Positions 40,637 through 49,654 of a DNA stretch of 64,000 nt are shown piece by piece (position 1 is the stretch's first letter; each line of letters starts with the position of its first letter). The position numbers and the translations under genes are program-made. The stretch comes from Candidatus Bathyarchaeota archaeon (GTDB taxonomy: Archaea > Thermoproteota > Bathyarchaeia > Bathyarchaeales > Bathycorpusculaceae), in assembly GCA_963806535.1 (NCBI GenBank), contig CAWDYC010000005.1, positions 320,001 through 384,000 of the forward strand, written 5' to 3'. The notes under the pieces were generated by a model. The model was given only the letters and a program-made list of their open reading frames with translations, made no database searches and was not told where the DNA came from.

Positions 40637-41744
40637 TTAGCGTTTTATGTGAAACTGTTCGATTACGTCTTTGGCTTTTTCTCGGCGTTCTTGATGTTCT
40701 TTAAGGAACTTGTTGAGTTTTTCGGCTATGTCTTTTTTGCATTCGCCGCATAACATTTCGCCGCCTCGGCATTTGCGTTCGCGCTCAGCAAGTTTGGTGC
40801 TGTCTTCTTCGAAAAGGTAGAAGTAGTATTGGAAGATGCTGCATACTGTTGGGTCAGCGCCAGTTTTTCGTTGTTCGGCTGCTGTGCCTTTACCGCCAGT
40901 GAATGCATTCCAAATCTTCTTTTTTACAACGTCTGGCGGGTCTATGGTGAATATGCTGGTTTCTGGCATAGATGGCGCTCATTTTTCCGCCTGCTCCTAA
41001 GCCGGGCAGGAAGCGACAGTGAATTTGTGCAGGCTTATAGTAGCCGAGTTTTTGAGCTATGTCCCGTGTTACTCGCCAGTATGGGTCTTGGTCGATGGCA
41101 GCTGGTATGAGTGCCGGGACGTTTTCGCCTGTCAGTTTTTTGTGAATGAAACATGGTGCAGCTTGGATGGCTGGCCAGAATATCCAGCCGATGTTAGTGC
41201 TGTCTTGGAAGCCGAAACTGCTTCGTGCAGTGCTGTAAGTTATGCGTTTAGCCACTTCCAATGTTATGTCGTAGAGCAGGTCTATGTCTTGTGTGTCGTA
41301 AATAATGAAAGTGTTTTCTGGTTTGAATCCGAGTGCAATGAGGTCTAGGGCGTTTTCGTAGCAGTATTTGCTTGTTTTTTTGAGGTTGGCGTCGTCGCTA
41401 ATTAAGTATTTTTCGTCGTCAGTTATTTGGAAGTACAGTCGAGTGTTGAATTTTTGTTGAATATGAAGTGTAAAAATCCAGGGAACAAGATGCCCAATAT
41501 GGACGGGTCCGGAAGGTCCTCTGCCGGTGTAGAGAACAAATTTTATGCCTTTATCATAAAGATCAAGAACGGTGTCTAGGTCTCGGTGGCTGAAGAAAAT
41601 TTGTCTTTCAAGTTGGAGATGAAGTTTGTCTGTGTGTTTTTCGACTCTTTCAAGCAGTTGGGGGGTTAATGGTTGGGTGCCGAATTCGCGTATTAGGCGT
41701 TCGTAGTCTACTTTGCCTTTTACTTCCCAAGGTGTAACTACCAT
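40637..41744 (-). CDS. trpS: Tryptophan-tRNA ligase (frameshift ~40970)
   Basis: VTPWEV, YTGRGPSGPVHIGH, AIDQDPYW, KMSA; C-term CGECK in next frame. Confidence 0.92.
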
Positions 41745-41947
41745 TTCATTGTTGTTTTCTTCGCCAGATGAAGCCGTTTTGTATCACCAATGCCTTTTAA
41801 CAAGAGATGTTAATGACTTGTCATATATCTTTTTTCGAAACAGATATAATCTTTTGATTTTCTATTTTTTTAAGCAAGAGAATTGTGTTAAGTAATCTGC
41901 AAAGTATGCAATAGATTTTTAATGTTCATTTTTTTACTTTATTCGCG

Positions 41948-42982
41948 GTGTATAATACGGCTGAAGACATTTGGGTTCCAATGGACGGAGACACTTTTGT
42001 AACCAAGGATGGGTTCATTCTCAACACTTTTGGATATGAGCATCCAGACGACCGAGTTTTTGCATTCCTAAAGTATATCCCAGCGAAATTCAAAGAACTA
42101 TTTAACGTAGAAATGCTTGAGCGAACATGGAAGTTTGGCAATAACCAACTTTTCAGAGCAGAGAAACTCTATACAGCTAAGAATTATCAGACTTTCATTG
42201 AAGCATTCCGCAAAAACTTTCCCGACTACCTGTACTTCTGCCCTTTCCGTAACAAGGAGTTAATCACGGCGCCCCTTGATCGAATAGAACAGGTGTTTGT
42301 TCCTAAAGACCGCTTGGTTTGGCTGCAGAACCTACCGAAGCGTGACAAACTTCAACAGATGTCACTTGACCTAATCGATTTAATGTCAAAAGAGTCAGGT
42401 GTACCTTTGTGTGACTTGGGCATGCACGGTTCAATCGCCTTAAATATGCATGCGCCTGAATCTGACATTGACTTTGTTGTTTACGGCACTGAAAACTTCA
42501 GGATGGTGGAAGATGCAATTGCCCGGCTTGTTAACGCTGGAAAATTAACTTACATTGTGAGCAACCGTATAGAAGCCGCAAGAAAATTCCAGGGAAGATA
42601 TCTTGGCAAAATCTTCATGTATAACGCAACTAAAAACTGCTCGGAAATCAAGGAGAAGTACGGCGCGTACCGCTACATTCCACTTGACCACGTAAGGTTT
42701 CAAGCAACTGTCAGCGACGATTCAGAAACAATGTATCGGCCCTCAACATACAAAATCACCGGTTACAAACCCCAAGATGACCAATCAGAACTTGACTTAG
42801 ACAAAATCCCCGTTCAAGTTGTCTCAAACATAGGTCTCTACCGAAACGTTGCTCGCTGTGGCAAAGAAATCAAAGTCGCTGGCAAACTTGAACGTGTAGA
42901 ATCCACCAGTTCCAGCGAAGTATTCTATCAAGTGGTCGTTGGAACAGCAACCTCCGAGGAAGAATATATTTGGCCAACATAA
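41948..42982 (+). CDS. Predicted nucleotidyltransferase (COG1665-like), paralog 1
   Basis: GYEHPDDR; GMHGSIAL...SDIDFVVYG (Pol-beta GS..DxD). Confidence 0.8.
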   Translation: MYNTAEDIWVPMDGDTFVTKDGFILNTFGYEHPDDRVFAFLKYIPAKFKELFNVEMLERTWKFGNNQLFRAEKLYTAKNYQTFIEAFRKNFPDYLYFCPFRNKELITAPLDRIEQVFVPKDRLVWLQNLPKRDKLQQMSLDLIDLMSKESGVPLCDLGMHGSIALNMHAPESDIDFVVYGTENFRMVEDAIARLVNAGKLTYIVSNRIEAARKFQGRYLGKIFMYNATKNCSEIKEKYGAYRYIPLDHVRFQATVSDDSETMYRPSTYKITGYKPQDDQSELDLDKIPVQVVSNIGLYRNVARCGKEIKVAGKLERVESTSSSEVFYQVVVGTATSEEEYIWPT

Positions 42983-44040
42983 AACTTCGAGACCGAGACG
43001 CCATAGAAACCGCCGAAGGCTTAATTTTCCGTGTCTTTGGCTACTCTCATCCGCCAAGCGCTTACATCTGTGACGCTGAATATGCTTCATCAAAAATCTT
43101 TCAGTCAACAGATCCAAGGGCTCCTAGAACAGGCAAAAAAGAACTTTACTATAAGTTTTACAATGATGAGGGCATGAAGTTAGTTGCAAAGAAATATCCA
43201 AAATATCTTGTTTTTCATGAAATGCTTGGTCTAAGTATTGTGGGCGTGAAAGATAGCGACATAGTTGAGGCTAGAAAGCCTGATGAGCGATTAGCTGTTT
43301 TGCTTGAGGTTGGACCAACAGACGAACTGCTATCGGCGATGGAACGTGTCTTAATGATTGCGCTAAATAATTCAGGCTTAAAAACCGAGGATTTTGGTGT
43401 CTTCGGTTCGATGCTGCATGGTTTTCATCATCCAAAATTCTCAGACATTGACTTTGTTGTTTATGACAAAAAAGAAAATGCTAAGTTGCGAAAAACGCTT
43501 GAAGATCTGTATGCTGACAAGGCGTCTGGTTTGCATAATGAGTTTGAATCAGACTCTGTGATGGCGGGCAAGGATTGGCGGTTCAAAAACTTTAGTGTTC
43601 CAGACTTCATTTGGCATCAACGTCGAAAACAAATCTACGGTTTATACGATGATGCAGCTTCTGGCCGAACCATAAAAGCAGAGTTTGAACCCGTTAAAGC
43701 TTGGAGCGAAATAAAATCAGAATACGACCCGCGGACATGCATAACTCGGCGAGGGTGGGTTAAACTTAAAGCTCGTGTAACAGCTGACGATGAGGCGCCC
43801 TTCATTCCATCAATCTACGACATAGAGCCTCTGGAAGTTATCAGCGGCCCAAAAGAAGCCCTAGATGCTAAACGTGTTTTCTCTTTTATGGAGGAGTTCC
43901 GTCAGCAAGCACAAAAAGATGAAGTTGTGATGGTGGAGGGCAACCTTGAAGAGGTCATGTCTCCAACTGAACAGTTCCATCAAGTCACGTTGACTTATTG
44001 CCCACGATACTATGAGCAGGTCCTAAAAGTGCTGCATTAA
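42970..44040 (+). CDS. Predicted nucleotidyltransferase (COG1665-like), paralog 2
   Basis: GYSHPP; GVFGSMLHG...SDIDFVVY. Confidence 0.8.
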   Translation: MANIKLRDRDAIETAEGLIFRVFGYSHPPSAYICDAEYASSKIFQSTDPRAPRTGKKELYYKFYNDEGMKLVAKKYPKYLVFHEMLGLSIVGVKDSDIVEARKPDERLAVLLEVGPTDELLSAMERVLMIALNNSGLKTEDFGVFGSMLHGFHHPKFSDIDFVVYDKKENAKLRKTLEDLYADKASGLHNEFESDSVMAGKDWRFKNFSVPDFIWHQRRKQIYGLYDDAASGRTIKAEFEPVKAWSEIKSEYDPRTCITRRGWVKLKARVTADDEAPFIPSIYDIEPLEVISGPKEALDAKRVFSFMEEFRQQAQKDEVVMVEGNLEEVMSPTEQFHQVTLTYCPRYYEQVLKVLH

Positions 44041-45083
44041 CTGTGCTGCAGAACCATGTAGTCTGACGGTTTGTTTCCAAGAATCAAACGGTAATGCTCG
44101 CTGCCTGTTTTCTTGTTAGTTACCTGCTCGACTTTTCCTTGTGCCTCAACTGCTTCGCCGTTATTGGCTTGTTCACAGAATCTGCCGCGGAACGAAACAA
44201 TCTCCTGTATTGGCTTCAACTTGGGTCCCTCAACAACTTGGGCATCTTTTAGCTTGTAGGTGCAGGGTGTGAAAAGAGAATCTGTGCTGTCCAGGATTTT
44301 GCCTACTATTTTTGCGTAACCACTGTTTTTGAAGCACACATCACCATACTGCTCACTTATTTCATTCCAATCTTTCACGAATCTTACGAAGTAGTCGGTG
44401 CCCATGAATTTGCCTTGAAATGCTTTGCGGCTTTCGAGTAAAACGAAGTCTTCGAAGCTCATCTGAGTGTCCTTCGAACGGAAATCGAATAGTTCCTGCA
44501 ATTCAGTTTGACTGTAGGGTTTGAAGCCTGATGTTGGTTCTGTCTGAAGTTTTTGTAGGGCATCGTAGGCTTTTCGGCAGTTTTCTTCACCGTATATTAG
44601 TGGGTCTATGTCTGATTTTTCAGTTGTTAACCCAGCCATAATCGAACCAGAAATGCCTATGCTGCTCCACGGAATATTTGCTTCGGCTTTGAGCGTTTGA
44701 GCCAACTGCAACGCCTTAGCCTCCAGTATTGTCAGATCCTTTGCTGAACGTAAAGACCAAAGTTTCTCCTCTGGTTTGTAATGCAGGTCAATTTGATTAA
44801 TTGGCACCTCACACATTGTTTCTCCAAAGACTGGGTCAAAAACTATGAGGTCAGGCTGATTTTCCTGCAGATACTTGAATCTGTCGCTTAGGCTGTAGAC
44901 TTTGCCATATGCAGTGTCTTTGCTTAGTCTGGTTCCTGTCGGAGTAGGTATGAAACGTGGAAATGCAACAATTTTCTCTGGTGGATGAACTAAGCCTTTA
45001 ACGTCAAAAACCACGTTACTTTTCGTTTTTATCAAGTCGCCTTCACGTGCCTTCACAGATGCCTCTCCTTTGGGTTTAGTCAA
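44037..45083 (-). CDS. Predicted nucleotidyltransferase (COG1665-like), paralog 3
   Basis: VKGLVHPP; GISGSIMAG...SDIDPLIYG; SFRGRFCEQA. Confidence 0.8.
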   Translation of the reverse strand: MTKPKGEASVKAREGDLIKTKSNVVFDVKGLVHPPEKIVAFPRFIPTPTGTRLSKDTAYGKVYSLSDRFKYLQENQPDLIVFDPVFGETMCEVPINQIDLHYKPEEKLWSLRSAKDLTILEAKALQLAQTLKAEANIPWSSIGISGSIMAGLTTEKSDIDPLIYGEENCRKAYDALQKLQTEPTSGFKPYSQTELQELFDFRSKDTQMSFEDFVLLESRKAFQGKFMGTDYFVRFVKDWNEISEQYGDVCFKNSGYAKIVGKILDSTDSLFTPCTYKLKDAQVVEGPKLKPIQEIVSFRGRFCEQANNGEAVEAQGKVEQVTNKKTGSEHYRLILGNKPSDYMVLQHS

Positions 45084-45142
45084 CGATTACTCAGGCAAGA
45101 TTAAAAGCGTTTAGTTCAAGAAGATCTTTGTCCTTTGTGGAC

Positions 45143-45517
45143 CTGGTTATTGACTGTTTTTTTTGGGTGGGTTTGTTGTTTGTGTTTTGGGTTGCTTTTT
45201 TGATTATGAGCTTGTTTTGTTTGCAGGTTGCGTCTTTAAATGTAGGAAAATGTAGGGATCTGTGAGAATCTGTAAAAAAATGTAAGAAAATGTAAGAAAA
45301 AGGAAGAAATAAGTTGGCGTAAACTTTCAAGAAGTGACGCTTAGGCGTCTCTACTGCATTTTCTTACGCAAATTTGTTCTTTGTGTTTCAGTTTGTATTC
45401 TTGGTTTAGGGTTTGGGTTAGTTGCAGGACGCGTCACTATAAGTCACTATAAGTCATAGGAAGTCACCAAAAGTCACTACGCGTCATAAAAAGTCACAGA
45501 AAGTCACAAAAAGACCC
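45143..45517 (+). repeat. Modular non-coding element, copy B, with 6 TGTA/TGTG and 8 GTCA 10-bp units
   Basis: tgtaggaaaa-type units at 45241-45300; aagtcactat-type units at 45431-45510. Confidence 0.9.
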
Positions 45518-45563
45518 TCCCCAGCTCTTAAGTCTTGAAAATCTTCACTGTGCCTTACAAGAA

Positions 45564-45755
45564 TTATTTTGAATCTCGGTCAGATTCGCCCCAATACAAA
45601 TCCTGCAGCTCAACAGTGCTAAGCTGCTTATCTGCGTCCACTTTAAGTTCCGTTCCGCAGTTAGGGCACTGAATGGTTTCGCCAGGCTGAGCATACAGCA
45701 AAAAATCTGGTTTATTAGAAAAATCAAACCCACACTCAGGACACTTCTCACCCAT
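45564..45755 (-). CDS. LysW-like zinc-ribbon protein with 6-aa extension after WGE
   Basis: CPECG...GETIQCPNCGTELKV...LYWGE-SDRDSK. Confidence 0.6.
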   Translation of the reverse strand: MGEKCPECGFDFSNKPDFLLYAQPGETIQCPNCGTELKVDADKQLSTVELQDLYWGESDRDSK

Positions 45756-45860
45756 GCACTACCCCTCGAAATCCAATTAAGACCACATATGCAACAAACA
45801 CAAATCACTTTAATTCAATAAATAATTTTGCCCATCATCGGTGAGACACGAGTTTTGTTT

Positions 45861-46048
45861 TTTATGCAATTTGTCCTTTGCGTTTTGGACTGCTTTTTTG
45901 GTTCAGGGTTTGATGCGTTTGCAGGTTGAGTCTTTATCTGCAAGAAAACGCAAATAAACGCAAGAATCTGCAAAAAATGATAAGGAGGTGGTCTATTGTG
46001 TCCCGAAGGTTATTGACGGTTTTTCTGCAGGTTTGTTCTTTGTGTTTT
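45861..46048 (+). repeat. Further repeat modules: stem plus 10-bp-phased GCAA array, then a partial stem
   Basis: ...ggttcagggtttgatgcgtttgcaggttgagtc then GCAA at 45940/50/60/70; ggttattgac...tttgttctttgtgtttt at 46008-46048. Confidence 0.7.
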
Positions 46049-46096
46049 AAGCTAAGTTTGAAAAGTCATGATTTGAAATCCAAAAACCAAGTGTTT

Positions 46097-46240
46097 TTAC
46101 CGTTTGTTTTTTTTTGAAGTAATAAAGAAAGCTGAAGCAAACATTACAGTAAGCAAAAGTGGGATGCTCCATGACGGAAACTCTGGAACGGTAAGTGCGG
46201 CTGTGGCGGTTGGGGTTTGAGTTGGCGTAGAGTTGAAGTT
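46097..46240 (-). pseudogene. Orphan C-terminus of a surface protein (Thr/Pro linker plus PEF-CTERM-like sorting signal)
   Basis: STPTQTPTATAALTVPEFPSWSIPLLLTVMFASAFFITSKKNKR. Confidence 0.6.
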
Positions 46241-46427
46241 TGTATCGGAATAGAGATAGGTATTGCAAAAGGTGTAGATGCAATGGTTGCACTTATGATG
46301 GATGAGATAAGACGCATTATTGTTACAGAATAAGACAACAATTTCTTGTATAGACAGTTGTTTAGAAAGAGTTGGAATAAGCTTATTAATAATGTACGTC
46401 CTCAAGGAGCTTGGGGCAAGTAACCTA

Positions 46428-46640
46428 TTGGATAGGAAAGAAGCAGTCGCTTTAGTGAAGGAGCTAGGCTGCGAGGAGTTAGTTCAACCAAGTTTTGTTA
46501 TTATTGAACTCAGAACCCCTGATAATTATCAAGTGAAAATTAAAGGCGAATGCGACTTTAAACAAATTGAAGTTTTTTTAAAGAGTAAAGGGTTCTCATA
46601 TGAAGAGAAAAAAAATTACTTGGTTATTTTCAAGCCATAG
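46428..46640 (+). CDS. Small hypothetical protein, paralog of 46751
   Basis: RKEAVALVKEL...QPSFV.IE.R.PDNYQ..IKG...IFKP. Confidence 0.75.
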   Translation: MDRKEAVALVKELGCEELVQPSFVIIELRTPDNYQVKIKGECDFKQIEVFLKSKGFSYEEKKNYLVIFKP

Positions 46641-46750
46641 TTGCAGTTTTAAGATTTAATCATCAATGAAAACGTAGCTTAGTTATTTTAGAGTATATAG
46701 CAAAGTTTTATTAATCTTGTACGTTCACGTGTGGTTTAGAGGGGACAGAC

Positions 46751-46966
46751 ATGAAACGTGCTGAAGCGGTAGCAGTACTCAAAGAATTAAGTACAGAGCT
46801 TCTAATTCAGCCATCTTGGGTTCTTATCGAACAGAGAAAACCCGACAGTTACCAGCTATGTGTTAAAGGCGATTTTGATCTTCCACAATTAGAGGATCTT
46901 CTAAAAAAATACACTTTGTCATTTGAAGAAGACACTAAAGGATTTCTCTGCATTTTCAAACCATAG
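46751..46966 (+). CDS. Small hypothetical protein, paralog of 46428
   Basis: RAEAVAVLKEL...QPSWV.IE.R.PDSYQ..VKG...IFKP. Confidence 0.75.
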   Translation: MKRAEAVAVLKELSTELLIQPSWVLIEQRKPDSYQLCVKGDFDLPQLEDLLKKYTLSFEEDTKGFLCIFKP

Positions 46967-46984
46967 AAGAAAAAAGGTAACACG

Positions 46985-47110
46985 TTATTTCGTAACTTTG
47001 AAATGGCAATTACACTTTTTGCATGTAAAAGCAGCAACATGAAACAAACTGTTTTCTAGTGACTTATCAGGTTTAGAAACTTCTTTTCCGCAATTAGGAC
47101 ACTTAACCAA
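46985..47110 (-). CDS. 41-aa zinc-ribbon protein (Cren7-like), paralog of 54794
   Basis: VKCPNCGKEVSKPDKS...FTCKKCNCHFKV. Confidence 0.7.
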   Translation of the reverse strand: MVKCPNCGKEVSKPDKSLENSLFHVAAFTCKKCNCHFKVTK

Positions 47111-47686
47111 ATAGAACCTGCCCTGTAATTTAATACCATAGGTTTCATATGAAAAATAATAATAAGGATTTGTGGTAACAGAAAGCAACAACAAAGAATT
47201 CTATTTGAGTTAAGCTTATTGGCCCTCGGTCTAATTGCGTTTGTGATATTCTAAACCAACTTACGATCGGCTTGTTTGCGCTTTCTAAACACATTAACAA
47301 CCACAAATGAAAGCATAGTAAAACAATGGTAAGATTGCTGAAGGTGGAAACTCTAGAATGGTCGTCATGGCACTTGGTGAAGCAGAGCTTAGTCATATAA
47401 CGGTTAAGCCAAGTTTTGCCCAGTCAGTCAAGAAGTAATGTGAAATTTTTGCTGAAACGAACCATGCCAACACTTGGGAGCCTTTTTTGTTATAAGGTTC
47501 TATAAAAGTTTCTTGACTTGTTTTGGTCAAGTTTTCTTAACTGATCAAATCGCTTTCTGCAGTTTGGATTCAGCTAAATTTATTTAACTGACCAAGAGAA
47601 CGTAAACAAATAGCAGGCCTAAATATTTTTTTGATCTAACTTTATTACTCTCTTTTTAATTTTAAATAAAGCGAGGCACAAGTTTT

Positions 47687-48395
47687 ATGCCCGAAAATTC
47701 TACTGCAAACAAAGAAAGTAGCATAAAAGTAACAAAAAATGGACCCTACATTGTTTCTGGCAAACCCCCCTTGATGAACATGACAATAGAATGCGATAAC
47801 GAGGGAACCACCCCATCCAAATGGGGCATCGGAGAAAAAATGAAAACATCCGAAATCTACGCGCTATGCCGATGCGGCCAATCTAATAATAAGCCATTCT
47901 GCGACGGCTCACATATAAAAGCAAATTTTGACGGAACAGAAGTTAGCGATAATGAGCCTTTCGAGCAAATGGCTAAAGAAATTGACGGTCCAGAATTGAA
48001 ACTGAAAGATGCTGAGATACTTTGTGCTTCTGCCCGTTTCTGCCACAGAGGCGGCGATATCTGGGAAGTAATTCACCGCACAGATGAGCCTGGAGCCAAA
48101 CAAAACGTGATTGAAAACGCATGTGATTGTCCTTCAGGCAGACTTGTGGTGGTGGATAAGAAAACTGGCAAGACAATTGAGCCCAGCGTTAGAAAAGTCA
48201 ATTGGCGCAGTTCACGATCCAAGCAAAGGAGTTGATGGGCCCTTTTGGGTTCGAGGAGGCATTCCGGTCTATTCTAGCGATGGAAAACTCTATGAAGTTC
48301 GGAACCGCGTGACTCTTTGCCGCTGTGGAAAATCCACAAACAAACCGTTTTGTGATAGCAGCCATTATCCAGAGGAAGAAGATAGGGAGAGATAA
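47687..48395 (+). CDS. CDGSH iron-sulfur domain protein (frameshift ~48190)
   Basis: LCRCGQSNNKPFCDGSH and LCRCGKSTNKPFCDSSH; CPSGRL. Confidence 0.88.
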
Positions 48396-48398
48396 AGA

Positions 48399-48726
48399 AT
48401 GGTTGACGAAAACCTCGAGTTAAAAGAAGGAAGCATCGAAGATATCTTACGTTCCAAAGAGAAAAGCATATGTTCTTTTTTATGCTTCATGGTGTCCGTT
48501 TTCGCAGATGTTTTTGCCAATTTTTAAAGCGTATAAAAAAGATAATCCGACTGAATGCATAAGCCTCATGATTGATGACAAACCAGAACTGTGCGACAAA
48601 TACTCGATCGATTATTATCCAACGGTTATTTTTTTCAAAAACGGAACCGTGCACAAAAGGCTTGATGCTACTCCAGGGGTAGGATTAACCAAAAAACAGT
48701 TTGTCGAGCTCACCAAAACCAATTAA
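48399..48726 (+). CDS. Thioredoxin-fold protein with WCPFS motif (frameshift ~48465)
   Basis: VLFYASWCPFS; YPTVIFFKNG. Confidence 0.75.
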
Positions 48727-48804
48727 GATCTTTTATCTGGGTGTTATTGTTCTCTTTCAATAACAAGTTAAAATCTAGGTGTTTACAACCAGGAGTTAGA
48801 TTTT

Positions 48805-49407
48805 TTATATTAAAGATTGATTCATCGCGGAATTATAGTACGCTTTGTTTATCTCAACAAAAATTAATGGTCCGGTAGTTTTCGCGATTTCATGTGCCCT
48901 ACGAATGACATTATTCAAAAAAGCGAATGCTTGAGACCTATCTTTGAGGTTCAAGTCTTGTTTGGCTAACTCTATTTTTATTGCGTATTCAGCTAACAAT
49001 TCTGTACTGCAGATTTCACCATCTTTAATAAAAGTAAAACCAACAATATTGATTAACTCTTCTTTGTACTCCAAAGTCTTCCATAATGGTTCTGCTTTAG
49101 CAAGAGTTTTATGAATTTCATCGCTATCATGCTTTTTTCCAATTAGCAACTTAACACGCTCTTGCCACTTCTTCATCCACATAGAAGTCCAAACAGTCAA
49201 AAACGCATCGAGCTCCACCTTCTTTTCTTTGGAAAATTTATCAAATTTTTCTTCAAAACCCGTTTTAGACGTTGATGTATCATTAAATTTCATGTAGTTG
49301 ACGAAGTCTTTGCAAACAAGTTGCAGCATTTTTCTATCTGATCCCCGAGAATCTATTGACGGATCTATTTTTTTGATTTTTTCCACGATTAGTGCTTCAA
49401 TCTGCAT
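48805..49407 (-). CDS. Hypothetical protein
   Basis: ~200-aa ORF with AGGAG RBS; WTSMWMKKWQERVKL. Confidence 0.65.
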   Translation of the reverse strand: MQIEALIVEKIKKIDPSIDSRGSDRKMLQLVCKDFVNYMKFNDTSTSKTGFEEKFDKFSKEKKVELDAFLTVWTSMWMKKWQERVKLLIGKKHDSDEIHKTLAKAEPLWKTLEYKEELINIVGFTFIKDGEICSTELLAEYAIKIELAKQDLNLKDRSQAFAFLNNVIRRAHEIAKTTGPLIFVEINKAYYNSAMNQSLI

Positions 49408-49654
49408 TTTTATTCTCCTTTCTTTCTTGAACCGAAGTAACAAGAACAATTATTCCCTATCAATCGCCATATAACTGCCTTAGGCTTGTTTTTGCAATAT
49501 TGCTGTTTTTGACATATTATAGGGCGAAAACTGGTTTTTGGTTTTCGAGCGGCACTATCAATTGTTGGCTTTTTCCATTGATTTTGAGTAAGTGTTACAA
49601 GTTAAGTCCTCAAATTCACAAGCCATATAGCCATTCTAATCAGCCATACTGAGC

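Noticed and set aside
40637-41744. Frameshift in trpS and in more than a dozen other genes (MFS, ABC permease, CDGSH, S53, hddA, gmhA, gmhB, tal) as programmed frameshifting or mass pseudogenisation
   Set aside because: They hit an essential gene, are scattered single-base indels without a shared slippery motif and leave catalytic motifs intact; long-read consensus errors are the simplest explanation. Read polishing would confirm this.
45091-45330. ORFs 45091-45330, 34000-34200 and 45926-46117 as proteins
   Set aside because: They overlap the non-coding repeat modules, the frames are not preserved between copies and the composition is low-complexity.
45431-45510. Repeat arrays as a CRISPR array
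   Set aside because: The period is 10 bp with no 25-45-bp repeats or unique spacers, and no cas genes are in the window.
47512-47531. CTTGAC-N8-GTCAAG inverted repeat upstream of the CDGSH gene
   Set aside because: A single short palindrome with no second site or adjacent regulator to support it.
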